Program-made: the position numbers and the translations under genes
Notes under the pieces: generated by a model
Told to the model about the DNA's origin: nothing
Databases searched by the model: none
What the model saw: the letters and a program-made list of their open reading frames with translations, nothing else
Assembly: GCA_964016885.1 (NCBI GenBank)
Contig: OZ024756.1
Location: forward strand, 21,452,001 to 21,516,000
Length of the DNA stretch: 64,000 bases
Direction of reading: 5' to 3'
DNA from: Eledone cirrhosa
Lineage: Eukaryota
Shown: piece by piece, positions 27,901 through 43,025 of the stretch
How the letters are laid out: each line of letters opens with the position of its first letter
Numbering within the stretch: the first letter of the stretch is position 1

Positions 27901-28192
27901 AGGCGAAGGATTAGAAAGCAGTCAGAAAAGAAAAAGAAATACGCAGCGAAGTTTTCGAGAACTAACTTAAGATGTTGAAGATTAGTATAGTATCATTCAT
28001 ACTTTATTCTTCTTTTACAAGGATCAGTCTTGCGGCCATATTTGGAGGGGATACAGTTCAATATACCGACTCCTGCAGATTAAATATGTAAACAGTACAT
28101 GTGTTTAATCTGGTAATATTTGAAACACAAAGAGGACATCGGTGCAAGGTTAGATACACCTGTTGGATATTAATAACACAGTAGTTTTCTTT

Positions 28193-28227
<35 letters not shown>

Positions 28228-28228
<1 letters not shown>

Positions 28229-28420
28229 GAAAAAGTATGACCCCGACGGCAGAGCTCAAGCCGTATCGACGGCTATTTCCGTCCAGAAATAGCCGTCGAA
28301 ACAGCTTGAGCTCTGACGTCGGGGGCATACTTTTTCCTATTTCCCACTCTACTACGCTAAGTATTGAGAACTCTGGTGCGTTATGGCCCATCTGGTTCCT
28401 TACCACAATTCCTTTGTTAT
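28228..28420. mobile_element. Family C fold-back element in a TA tract
   Basis: aaaagtatgaccccgacggcagagctcaagccg..cgacggctatttc vs gaaatagccgtcgaaacagcttgagctctgacgtcgggggcatactttt. Confidence 0.85.
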
Positions 28421-28431
28421 ATATATATATA

Positions 28432-28650
28432 TAATGTAGGAGGTGAGTTTTATTGTAGTACAATAAAGCAATGCAGATATCGGATATGTTGATTTAAAAC
28501 TGCACTATCCACAAGTGTTTTTTAGCCTTCATATCATGTTCTCCTGTTTTATCTGATGAAAACACAAATATTATTGCATGATGATGTTTGTTTTTGAAAT
28601 GCGCATAATAAAATACATGGAACTCCTTTAACCATCTTTTGATCTTATAT
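28432..28650. mobile_element. Family A element with inverted 3' tail and internal deletion
   Basis: 28432-28485 is the reverse complement of the family A tail (compare ~11185-11236); 28486-28650 is the forward hammerhead part. Confidence 0.88.
28546..28614 (+). ncRNA. Type-I hammerhead ribozyme (family A)
   Basis: ttttat-CTGATGA(28553)...GAAA(28596)-tgcgca-TA-ataaaa. Confidence 0.85.
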
Positions 28651-28916
28651 TATATATATATATATATATTAGGGCTACTATAACGATTTCAGACACGTAG
28701 ATCAGTTGAGAAAAAAAGCATCAATCGTTTGTTTTTGTTTTGAACCGTTTCTGCTTCACATTTGAAATTATTTGAATTATATTGGGTAAACCATTACTTT
28801 CTTTTGTCATATTTATTATACTTTGCCCCTTATATATTTTTACTGCATTGTACCGGCCCTTTGAAAAAACTATCAGTCATTTATTACATATCACATAATG
28901 CTTCGTATTTACTTTA

Positions 28917-28963
<47 letters not shown>

Positions 28964-29708
28964 AGTGGGTGTGGTGTTCCGTGTAAGCGCTCGACAAATA
29001 AAGGAGCTAAACACTCTGTATAGCTCTACACATATCCTTTCTATATATATAATTAATACAATAAGAGATAGTTTAAAGCTAAACTCTGACTGGTATCCAT
29101 CTCACTCAACAAACATTAGGTTATATTTAAATATAAACCCAATTTAAGTGTTTGGGGTGCTAACAATATGTATAATGTGGAAAAACCAGTTGTATTATTT
29201 TATGAGGTATAATTAAAGTTAAAATACATCTCTCTTTCCAAACAATTGTTTCATTATAAGTTTTCTACAAGTTGGGAGATTATTTCCAGATAGTTTTAAT
29301 GCACTTAATCGTTCCGTGGTTGCAGATCTCTGTGCTGTGGTTCGGACTGTTACATACTGTATATTCTTCTTGATCAAGGGAGAGAATCAACAAGTCATCT
29401 CGAAACTGTAAGCTGAGGGTGTCGCTCAATTTGAAACGAAAATGAAACTATATGGCACAGGAAAGGTTATGCAGAGAAGCACATTCTAAGCTGAGTTTCA
29501 TTTCCTCGCTGGAAAGAATTGCCTGGAGAAACAAGAAGATTTTTAAGAGCTTCCAATCATATAATCCCATAAAATATAAAGGGGAATATGTCATTTGAGT
29601 GATAAAGACCAGTAGAATAACTCTCCTACCATTAAGATAGATTTTATCGTTATAAATGTCACTGGATATATTTAGATTTTGACGTATTTCGTACCTGAAC
29701 ATTTACCA

Positions 29709-29745
<37 letters not shown>

Positions 29746-29785
29746 CATACAGGAAAATGTTCAGGTACGAAATATATATATATAT

Positions 29786-29989
29786 AACGAAGGAAATGTG
29801 GTAAGGAACCAGGTGGACCATAACGCACCAAAGTACTCAATACTTAGGGTAGTAGAGTGGGTAATAGGAACCAGTAAGACCCCGACGACTGAGCTCAAGC
29901 CGTTTCGACGGCTAATTCTGGACTAAATTTTAGTCCAGAATTAGCCGACGAAACGGCTTGAGCTCAGCCGTCGGGGTCTTACTGGTTCC

Positions 29990-29990
<1 letters not shown>
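29786..29990. mobile_element. Family C fold-back element in a TA tract
   Basis: aggaaccagtaagaccccgacg..tgagctcaagccgtttcg vs cgaaacggcttgagctcagccgtcggggtcttactggttcct. Confidence 0.88.
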
Positions 29991-30031
<41 letters not shown>

Positions 30032-30084
30032 TTTCGTAACTGAACATTTTCCTGTATGTATAAATATAAATATATAAATATATG

Positions 30085-30132
<48 letters not shown>

Positions 30133-30592
30133 GAGTGTATGTATATGTGTGTAAATAAAAATATATTTATACTGACACACACGATTTCCATTCGTTACTT
30201 AGTGAATCACTAATACCCTTTAAGCAAGTAAAGATATGCGAAATGTGAATGCACATATAGAAAATAATAAAAAAAAAAACAGGAAAAGATATTATGAATT
30301 CAGTGAGATGAATGATCATGTATGTGTATATATATATATGTATATGTGTATTTATGTGTGTGTGTGTATATATATATAAATATGTGTGCGTATATATATA
30401 TAAATACGTATGTGTATATATATATGTATTTATGTGTGTATATGTATGTATATATGTATATATAAATGTGTGTATATGCATATATAAATGTGTGTATATG
30501 CATATATAAATGTGTGTATATGTATATATAAATGTGTGTGTATATGTATATATAAATGTGTGTATATGTATATATAAATGTGTGTGTATATG

Positions 30593-30658
<66 letters not shown>

Positions 30659-30676
30659 CACACTCACACTCACACA

Positions 30677-30715
<39 letters not shown>

Positions 30716-31112
30716 ATGTATATATATATATACACACGTATGTATATATATATATACACATGTATGTATATATACACATGTATGTATATATATACACATG
30801 TATGTATATATATATGTATATATATTTATATACATAAATATATATATACATGTAGGTATATACATATATGTATGTATATGTATGTATGTGTATATATATA
30901 TATATATATACATGTAGGTATATACATATATGTATGTATATGTATATGTATGTATGTGTATATATATATATATATACATGTAGGTATATACATATATGTA
31001 TGTATATGTATGTATGTGTATATATATATATGTGTATGTATGTATGTATATATATGTATATATTTATATGTATGTATGTATGTGTGTATATATATATATA
31101 TATGTATGTATG

Positions 31113-31148
<36 letters not shown>

Positions 31149-31217
31149 TGTATATATATGTGTATGTATGTATGTATGTATGTATATATGTGTATGTATG
31201 TATGTATGTATGTATGT

Positions 31218-32035
31218 ATTTGGTTCTGGCTCCTCTATACACTCTGATTTTATCTCTCTGATTGTAGCCAGAGAACTGCATACGGTGGATGAAGTGTTGT
31301 ATGTCTCTCTCTAGTTCTTCGGGGTTGCACATGCGGGACACGTTTCTCAGTATGTCGATTTTGGTATGGTCCGAAACAGCTGAGTTCCGGTGGATCAGAT
31401 ATTTGGAAGTCATGGGTTTGGCATAATGGTAATGGAGGATTTGTAATTTTGTTATTAATGGTATCTAACCAGAGCTCTGTGTCTAGTACAGGTAATCGAT
31501 GGTTGCGGTGTTTACTTGGGTAGTCTATAGTAACTCTCATACTCTGGTGGATGGAGTTAGCTATTTGCTGGATGCTTTCCATTGTGTTTTTCTCTAATTC
31601 CTGACTGTTCTCTAGTGGGGGTGTTTTAACTACGATGTTTAAATCATCAACGTAGCGGGAGTACATTATCAGGGTTAAGGGGTCTTCTAATTGTTCTTTA
31701 AGTTTAAGTTTACTGTCCCAGCATACCATGAATAAGTTAGCTATGTCGCCTGCAATGCTAACACCAATGGCTGCTCCTTCCTCTTGGGAATATGTTTTTC
31801 CATTAAATTTGAACATATGTTCCTTAAGGGTTAATTTTATGCTGGCCCCCACCGCATGTGCAATCATTTTCTTCAGTTCATCGTGGTTTTCAGGTGTCCG
31901 GATGGCTCTGGTCCACCCCTTCCATCTATCTGTCTGGGTTTTCTTGGCCATTGAGGTAATGGTAGGTGGTCTGCCTCTTGCTGGTCTTGTAGGGCACAGG
32001 TTGCTAAGGTCATATGTGTCTAGGTAATTATTACT
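31218..32035 (-). mobile_element. Penelope-like element reverse transcriptase fragment (Naiad-like), frameshifted and truncated at both ends
   Basis: CPTRPARGRPPTIT...HMFKFNGKTYSQEEGAAIG..IAGDIANLFM...YSRYVDD...DYPSKH..RLPVLD; after a frameshift near 31440, HYAKPMTSKYLIH.NSA..RMQFSGY (thumb). No GIY-YIG domain in the window; the clade call is from remembered motifs. Confidence 0.88.
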
Positions 32036-32059
32036 AAAGGTAATAATTACCTAGACATA

Positions 32060-34580
<2,521 letters not shown>

Positions 34581-34685
34581 TGTGTAAGTATATCGGTTTA
34601 TGGCGCTCTCTTTCTTTCAAACACTTAGATATGTATACATAGGAAAATTACGAGAGAGATAGAGAGACAGAAATACATATATAGA

Positions 34686-34723
<38 letters not shown>

Positions 34724-34772
34724 CACACTCACACTCACACTCACACTCACACACACACACACACACACATAT

Positions 34773-34833
<61 letters not shown>

Positions 34834-35377
34834 AGAGAAAAATTACGAAAAAAAAAAAAAAAAAAAAAAAAATTCTAACCGAGAATGAAATATATCGACA
34901 CATGGAACAACAACAACAGAATCAAATCCAAAGAACATTGCCATTTCCACCATTTTGAATCGGAACCTTTCGACAAGCGAATTACCTAGTATTAGACAGT
35001 GAGATTAGAGTTAATGTGGCAATCTTAACCACATGCTGAGCACACACATACAAGCACTACCACCACCACCACCACAATAATAATAATATTATTAATACTA
35101 ATAATAGTTTTTCTATTAACCAGAAGGATTTACATAACTATAGTGGATGCGATAGTGTTTCTTTTTACGTGAAAAGATATAAAAAAAAAAGAAGCCGGAA
35201 ATAACGAAAGTACAAACAAAATTGGTAAAATTGAAATGAGTAAAAAAAAACTCCTGTAGAGAAAGGGAGCGGGGGGCATCCGAGGGTCACTTGTGGTAAA
35301 AACCTACAAAAGGTCACGGTCACCCTGACCACTGATATCCGCCTTCTCCCAGTTGTTCTCGTACAATCTGTAGCAAT

Positions 35378-35600
35378 CGACAGTCGATCGACTTTTTGTC
35401 AAATCGCACCGAGGAAACAATGTTTCCATTGGTGTTTCCAATTGTAATACTATCTATCGGTCGGAAATCCAGGTAGAAGGAGCAACGTGAAATAATGCAT
35501 CTTGATCAAGAACATAACGCATCACCTGGTCCGGGAATCGAACTCAAAACCTCACGATTCCGAATCTAATTCTCTAACCACTCAGCCACGTGCCTTCACA
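35378..35600 (-). mobile_element. Family 2 SINE
   Basis: ggaatcgaactc and ctaaccactcagccacg are the reverse-complemented B and A boxes; collinear with 58667-58870. Confidence 0.85.
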
Positions 35601-36336
35601 AAGACCCCCTCTGTAGATATATTCTCTGAATATCCTTTCCAAGTCAAACTTTAAAACGTAAAAGAGGATTTGGTCAAAGATGAAAAAGTCTGTCTTCATC
35701 TCGTTTAATCTTATCGCTAGGGCCACCAGACACCTAGAAAAGTACCCGTCATTTTTTGGCCAAAGGAAGGCAGTGTGTGTTGTGTGTGTGTGTGGGGGGG
35801 GGGGGGGGGTGATCGTTTCAATGGACTTAGCTGATAGCTGGATCTGTCATAAGACATGTGATACCTTTCAATATATCCTGTTTGTTTTTCATCGAGTGGG
35901 GTAGAACTTGTCACGTCGAAGTTGCGACTGGTAGATAGTAACAGCAATGGAAAGACCAATGGATTTATTGTGTCCTTGGTCCGACTTTGGTCCAATTCTT
36001 AACTATTAGCCGCGATCAACATTTTTCGCGGTGGCAAAATTCCATTTATTGTATTTCGAAACTTTACTCCGTTTGATAATGCAAGCATTGATTGTCTACA
36101 ATGTTTTCTTCGCGCCGTATTGTTGAACTACTGAAATTACTAACTGCAAAGAAGGAACATGGTCTGGGTTTATGATAACTATTTTGCGATGCCTATTATG
36201 ATCAAGTTAGGCTTCTGTCTGTTACTGGAACCATGTATCCCAGTACAACCCGCACCATGCTCGAGTGATCGGCGACTAAACTGCCTCCCCGACCAGACCT
36301 TCGTCTGGTGAGGACGGTAAATGGAACCCCCAGCAG

Positions 36337-36369
<33 letters not shown>

Positions 36370-36613
36370 AAAAATCAAACGAGTTGTTAAAAGAGCACAT
36401 GAACTCCTCGGAATCAACGGCTATCCATCCTAACTACGAGCCTGACCAACTTGCAATTAGCCAAGCGTGGTGAGTACGATTACATCCGTGATATGACAAA
36501 AAGCAAACAGAAAGTGGCGGACCTCAACCAGGGTGGCGTTCTTTCAATAGAAGGAGGAAGGCTCTGGATTGGATTGGGGTACATGCGATTGTCTCAACTA
36601 AGATTTATCAATA

Positions 36614-36702
36614 TATGTGGGTTGCTTGAAATGTTCATAGGCTGACCAAGATACTCTCATGGAATGACCAAATGAGGTGTTTAATTTTCAACATAGTTCC
36701 TG
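36614..36702 (+). mobile_element. Probable mariner left-end remnant
   Basis: gaaatgttcataggctgaccaagatactctcatggaatgaccaaatgagg...ttttcaacatagt; recalled resemblance, unverified. Confidence 0.45.
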
Positions 36703-36799
36703 GAAAGAAATAATGTTATTATTAAGAATAGAGATTTCACATCTCTAGTATCAACCTTTCATAATCAGCTGATGAGCCTTTCATCCGACCCTCGTATAT

Positions 36800-36985
36800 A
36801 ATTGTTTCTACTTTTGGCACAAGGCCAGTAATTACCCAGTGCATTACTGGTACTTTATTTTATCGACCCCGTAAGGATGAAAGGCAAAGTCAACCTCGGC
36901 GGGATTTGAACTCAGATCGTAAAGGGACGTAACTATGCTGGAAAGCATGGCGTCCGACCTCTACTGATACTGCCAATCCACCACC
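36800..36985 (-). mobile_element. Family 1 SINE with 14-bp TSD
   Basis: ccctcgtatataat at 36789-36802 and 36984-36997. Confidence 0.92.
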
Positions 36986-37444
36986 CTCGTATATAATAAT
37001 ATAAAATAGATTTTGTGAGGTTGATAATACATATTAATAAAATGACTGATATAAAATGCGTGAAGCGTGTGTTCTAGAATGCCAACCGTGTAGTTATATG
37101 TATTCAACAATGATTGGCAAGTTGAATATTGTTTAGTTGAGTTCTTGAAAACCAAGCCAGATCGATATATAATGCGGGTTGACTCGTATTCACTTTACGC
37201 ATGCCACTAATGCCATTAGGAAAATCATAAAAGTCATCATTCCCTTTTATCTCTTCTTTGAAAATGTAGTGAATATATCGTTATTGATGAAAAATAAGAG
37301 TGTGGAATGAGAACACATATATGAATGGGAACGTATAAAGGAAATATGGCTACCTTCGGGAGAAAAGCGTGGGAGAGATTCTTTTAGGGGTGATACATAG
37401 AAAGGGAACAAATAAATCGATAAAAAAAAAGAACTAACAATGTT

Positions 37445-37595
37445 ATATGTACATGTACATGTATATTTATATGTACATGTACATGTATATTTATATGTAC
37501 ATGTACATGTATATTTATATGTACATGTACATGTATATTTATATGTACATGTACATGTACATGTATATTTATATGTGCATGTATATTTATATGTA
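37445..37595. repeat. 24-bp minisatellite atgtacatgtacatgtatatttat (~5-6 copies)
   Basis: Direct inspection. Confidence 0.9.
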
Positions 37596-38247
37596 TATAT
37601 GTATGCTTGTACACAGGGATCTATGTTGGAGAAGATGTGGAAGTATGTGTATATTGAAAATAAAGGGACAGATCTGCAGTATTATGGACGTAAAAGGAAA
37701 AGTAAAAAAAACAAACCGATGAAAATGGAATGTTCTATGAAGATGTATAATATAGCCATGTGTGATAAATAGATTCAGTGTTAAATAAAATAAAGAATAG
37801 GTCTGTGAAAATGAAGGGAACCCTGAATTAATGATGACTGTCACAATGAAAGGTATTTCTGTAAATTTGTGAACGTGTGTAGGTATGTGAGTGTTTGCAT
37901 GTGTGTATTTGTAGATAGTTGAGTGTGTATTAATGTATTGGTATATGTATGCATGAATCTTGTATGGTTGTAAGTTAAAAAGGAATAACCTTTAATGGTA
38001 TGCTTAGTTGGTAGCAGAGTCGAGAATATAGAGTTAACCTGTAGGCTTTTAGAAATCGTGTCATATAAGGTCCGTTTAAGAAAGTGTAAATACTATTCGA
38101 GGGGAAGGATCGGCATTTGTTGTGGGGAAGGATAGGAATCTGTTGTGGTGAATGAGATCAATTTTATGGATGGTGGTTCACCTTAATCTGAGCCGAAGGA
38201 TTTAATGTAATGTCTGCGAACCAATTATTGCACTTCCTACATTAGTG

Positions 38248-38570
38248 GAGGTGACGAATTGGTAAAGTCGTTAGAACGTCGAATAGAATGCTTTATGTAT
38301 TCATTCCGGCTCTTTGAGTTCAAATCCCGCCGAAGTCAATTTTGCCTTTCATCCTTTGGAGGTCGATAAAAAAAAAGTACCAGTCTAGTACTGGGGTCGA
38401 TTCTTCGTCTATATTTCTTTCTCATTTTCTCCCTCTCACTTTTTATCTTTCTCTGGAAGAAATCTGATGTACTCAGGTCTAGAAACGGATGACCTCTGCC
38501 AGGCCAAGAAACGCCGTATGTCAATACGGCACCTCTACAACTCTATCACGAGTCACGGAACCATAGATAC
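38248..38570 (+). mobile_element. Older SINE subfamily with the family 1 head and a different 3' tail (relatives near 45690-46010, 48530-48832, 49290-49590)
   Basis: gagttcaaatccc..gcctttcatcc, then ggggtcgattcttc..gaagaaatctg tail shared among copies. Confidence 0.65.
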
Positions 38571-38719
38571 AATACATATTAATGGATGCTGGAAAGGAGG
38601 CTATACTTTATATTGGGGAAACCATGTGCTACAGAAACTTGATTTGATGTACAAGAAAATACATTTCTTTATTAGAAATTTCCATCGGTGACATAAATTT
38701 CATTCTTATATTATGGCTT

Positions 38720-39280
38720 TTGTCAATTATTTTATACGGTCTGAATAATAACGACCTTAACATTTCCCGCAGACACGTTGACACTTCAGTGTTGTTAGCA
38801 GAAGGCTTTTCACAGAAATTATAAAACACTCGCCTGCTTCCTCTTTTGATTAGCTTCTCTTTTCTTCTTTTGTGTTTCTACTGCAAATCTACATTAGTTG
38901 CTTGTTCCATACTAATTTTCCCTCCGTACATTCCTGCCCTTCAAGCTGTTCTGTCATTAACAACACTTTCACATATTTTCGTTTGCGATCAGGCTGCTTC
39001 TTGAGATGTCACTGAACAACAGTTTGCTATCTTTTAGGGGTTTAAAAAAATTTTTTTTTTTTTTTTAAGCACACCCAATAGCAGTTTCTTTGGATTCCTA
39101 TTGTCTTCCATATGTTTAATATGGTCTAGTTATCGTAGTTGTAGTTTGCATCAGAAAGACGTCAGCTTGGTATTTGTTCATTTGTTTTAGAGCTGTACCA
39201 CTTTGGTGATGGCGGTGGGAATTATATCTTACCCTGACATGTGAAGCTCATCATAAATAGAATGGGTTCAGATATTTCAT
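38720..39280 (-). pseudogene. Decayed 3' region of an RTE-type LINE
   Basis: Minus strand LR*LDHIKHMEDNRNPKKLLLG (compare LRWLGH..RM...R.PK..L.G), followed by a Cys-containing remnant. Confidence 0.65.
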
Positions 39281-39406
39281 GGGTAAGTTGTCCGTGACTC
39301 TGAGCATTATATCCATGTACTGAGTAGACATGCTTCGTACAGTCTGATCGTTTAATAATAAACATAATAAATGTTTCGCTTAATGTTATTATCATTAGTA
39401 CGTATA

Positions 39407-39830
39407 GGGCGGTGGATTGGCAGTATCGGTAGAAGGTCGGACGCCATGCTTTGTAGCATAGAGTTACAGCTCTTTATGATCTGAGCTCAAATCTCGTCGA
39501 GGTTAACTTTGCCTTTCATCCTTATGAGGTCGATAAAATAAAGTACCAGTCACGCACTGGGGTCGATTTAATCGACTTTCCCCTCCCCTCAAATTACTGG
39601 CCTTGTGCCTATATAAGAAACCATTATTAAAAATATTGTTGGGCGGTGATTTGGCAGTATCGGTAGAGCATCAGGCACCATACTTTGTAGCATAGAGTTA
39701 TGGCTATTTGCGTTCTGACTTCAAATCCGCCGAGGTTAACTTTGCCTTTCATCCTTACAGGGTCGATAAAATAACGTACCAGTAATGCACTGTGATAATT
39801 GCTGGCTTTGTGCCAAAAGTAGAAACAATT
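39407..39830 (+). mobile_element. Two tandem family 1 SINEs (39407-39627 long variant, 39641-39830 short variant)
   Basis: Both start gggcggtg; the long variant has extra ggggtcgatttaatcgactttcccctcccc. Confidence 0.88.
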
Positions 39831-40623
39831 ATTATAATTATTGTTAAAAATAATAATTATTATTATAAAGAAATAAAGAAATAATGATAATAATGATAAT
39901 AATATAAGAGAGAAAATGAAATTTCTAAAACTAAAATAAGAATAAGAAACAAAAATATACACAAACGAGAGAAGCAGAAAGAAGGGAATCCATGTTTTTT
40001 TGCGTTAAGCATTTCACCTTCCTTCTCCAAGGAGACTGTCGTTGGTTTTATCATTGAATCATAGTTTTTTTATTATATTTATCTATGTTCTGTTATTTTT
40101 CTCATCTCTCAAATGACTTACAACTGTTTGTTTGGCATTCCTATCGAGAGAATATTGTATCAAAATGTCAACTGTACGTTGGGGACTTCAACAGCAATAA
40201 CTCAAACAATACAACAACAACGACGTTTCTCTTTTTGCTGTTGTAGTTTTTTTCTTCTTCGCCTTCTTCTTCTTCTTCGCCGCCTTCTTCTTCGTTGCCT
40301 TCTTGTCTACACACACACACACACACACGTATATATATATATATGTGTGTGTGTGTCTTGCTGTCTTCCTTTGCTCATGCCTATAGTTTCCATTTCAAAC
40401 AAAGGGAACGGTGGGAGGTAGGAAAGGGGTGGACATGATATGTTTATTATTTTCATACGAATATTCATTACCTGTGTATGCGAACGCGCGCGCGCACACA
40501 CACACACGCACACAGAAATATGTGTCTGTGTACACATATGTCCGGATGCGCACGCACTGCGCACTGTGCTTGTGTGTGCCTGTGTAAACACAGGCATGCA
40601 CTGGCACACACAGGCACACGCAC

Positions 40624-40699
<76 letters not shown>

Positions 40700-41217
40700 T
40701 AATATATATATAATATATATATATATTTATATATATAAACAGAATACTGAGTGTATGTTTACGACTTCAAAACCCAATCTTGAGGATGTACATTGTATTT
40801 TCAAGTAATCTAATGCACATGTAAGGATATAATAGAGGCAGATAGAAATATTACTAGGCTTTAGTATTCCCTTTTATAAAATTTGAGCAATACAGAGAAG
40901 ATAAGCCTGGCCTCTGCTCAACATTTTTGCTTAAATCTGTGAATTGACAGCGTCGTTAGAATGTAGGATAGAATGATTTGTTGTATTCGTTTCGGATTTC
41001 TGCTCTCTGGCATCAAAACTAGCCAAGCTCAAATTTCACCCATTCGAGGTTGATAAAAAAAAGTCCCAGTTCAGTACTCGGTTCGATTCTTCCGCTATAG
41101 AAAAACTCGACTGTGTTAAAACCGGGAGAGGGTTGGGCTCCGCCAGGTTTAAAAGTGCCCTAAACACGCCATCTGACGGTGCCTCTACGACTCCACAAGT
41201 GGTTGTGCGACCTTTAT

Positions 41218-41251
<34 letters not shown>

Positions 41252-41289
41252 TATGGTTGTATGGTTGCAAGAAAAATTGCGTCCGTATA

Positions 41290-41883
41290 TGAAAGGCGAA
41301 GCTAACCTCGGGTGGTTTGAACTCAGATCGTAAAGGGCTGTAATTCTATGCTGTAAACCATGTTGTCCGACGCTCTACCAATACTGCCAATCCTAATAAT
41401 AATAATTGTTTCTACTTTTAGCACAAAGGCCAGCAATTACTCCAGTTCATTACTGGTACTTTATTTTATCGACTCCGTAAGGATGAAAGCAAAGCTTACC
41501 TCGGTGGGATTTGAAATCAAAAACGTAAAGGGTTGTAAAATCATAATAATAATTGTTTCTACTTTTGGCACAAGGCCAGCAATTACGCCAGTTCGTTACT
41601 GGTACTTTATTTTATCGACTCCGTAAGGATTAAGGCAAAGCTTACCTCGGTGGGATTTGAAATCAAAAACGTAAAGGGTTGTAAAATCATAATAATTAAT
41701 TGTTTCTACTTTTAGCACAAAGGCCAGCAATTACCTAGTGTATCACTGGTACTTTATTTTATCGACCCCGTAAGGATGAAAGGCAAAGTTAACCTCGGCG
41801 GGATTTGAAATCAGAATGGCAAAGGGCAGTAACTCTATGCGTCAAAGTATGTTGTCCGACCCTCTACCGATACTGCCAATCCA
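41290..41883 (-). mobile_element. Head-to-tail cluster of ~4 family 1 SINE copies, two of them a local duplication
   Basis: aattgtttctacttt at ~41403, 41551, 41698; shared variant cttacctcggtgggatttgaaatcaaaaacgtaaagggttgtaaaatc twice. Confidence 0.85.
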
Positions 41884-42573
41884 TAACAATAAGATCGTTA
41901 TCGCTCTGAGACAGATAATCATCTATAATTTTTTTTAATAAATATTATTAGATTATATTTCATAATTATGTAAGTTGTACATGATTGAGTACTCTTAAAT
42001 GATTGCATATCATTCTATTGTAAATGTGATTTTAAACAGATAATGTGTTCATGTGTAAAGCAAATGATATACTTGTAACTATATAAAGTGCGTGACATGA
42101 ATCATCTGGTGTGTTTATTTTTGTCGCTTACACCAATGTATGCAGTGAGTTTCTCAGCTCTGGGTGTCGGGAAGGCCCACGACAAGAAATGGAAACATGG
42201 TTTGACAGAGTTTTTAGAGTGTCGGGCAAAATTCTTTGTGGTATTTGTTCTCATTCTATACATTGAGTTCAGATCTCACCATAACCAACTTTGCCTTTCA
42301 TTCTTCCAGGAACGATAACATAAAATACCAGTCAAATATTGGGGTTGATTCACTCAGCTTTTCCCACACCAAAGTTTTCTGGCCTTGTGCCTAAATTAGA
42401 GACCATTATTATGCCTCCTATTAAGTGTAGTACAAACGTGAATGATAAATTAACAAGGAGCATCAGCGTGTCTTGTGCTACATGACTACATGTTCAACTG
42501 CTATCTATTATTGCCTACGTTGTTTTTCATGAGACATCACTATTTTTATTATCTCATTATTGATGTCTAATAA

Positions 42574-43025
42574 GGGCGGTGGATTGGCAGTATCGGTAGA
42601 GGGTCGAACACTATGCTTTGCAGCATATAGTTACGGTCCTTTATGATCTGAGTTCAAATCTCGCCGAGATGAACTTTGCCTTTCATCCTTACGGGGTCGA
42701 AAAAATAAAGTACAAGTCACGTACTGGGGTCGATTTAATCGATTTTCCCCTCCCCCCAAAATTGCTGGCCTTGTGCCTATATAAGAAACCATTATTGATG
42801 TATAATTCGGGCGTAGGATTGGCAGTATCAGTAGAGAGTCGGACACCATGCTTTGAAGCATATTGGTAGGGCCTTTGCCATTCTGAGTTCAAATCCCACC
42901 GAGGTTAACTTTGCCTTTTATCCTTACATAGTCGATAAAATAAAGTACCAGTAACGTACTGGGTCGATTTAATTGACTTCCCCTCCACCAAATTACTGGC
43001 CTTGTGCATATACTACAAATGATTA
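42574..43025 (+). mobile_element. Two tandem family 1 SINEs
   Basis: Heads at ~42574 and ~42809. Confidence 0.88.

Noticed and set aside
29236-29276. Minus-strand GAAA-caattg-TT-tgg hammerhead-like half
   Set aside because: No recognisable CUGANGA upstream; at best a heavily decayed copy.
36769-36775. CTGATGA as a hammerhead core
   Set aside because: No stem II/GAAA follows, even after removing the SINE.
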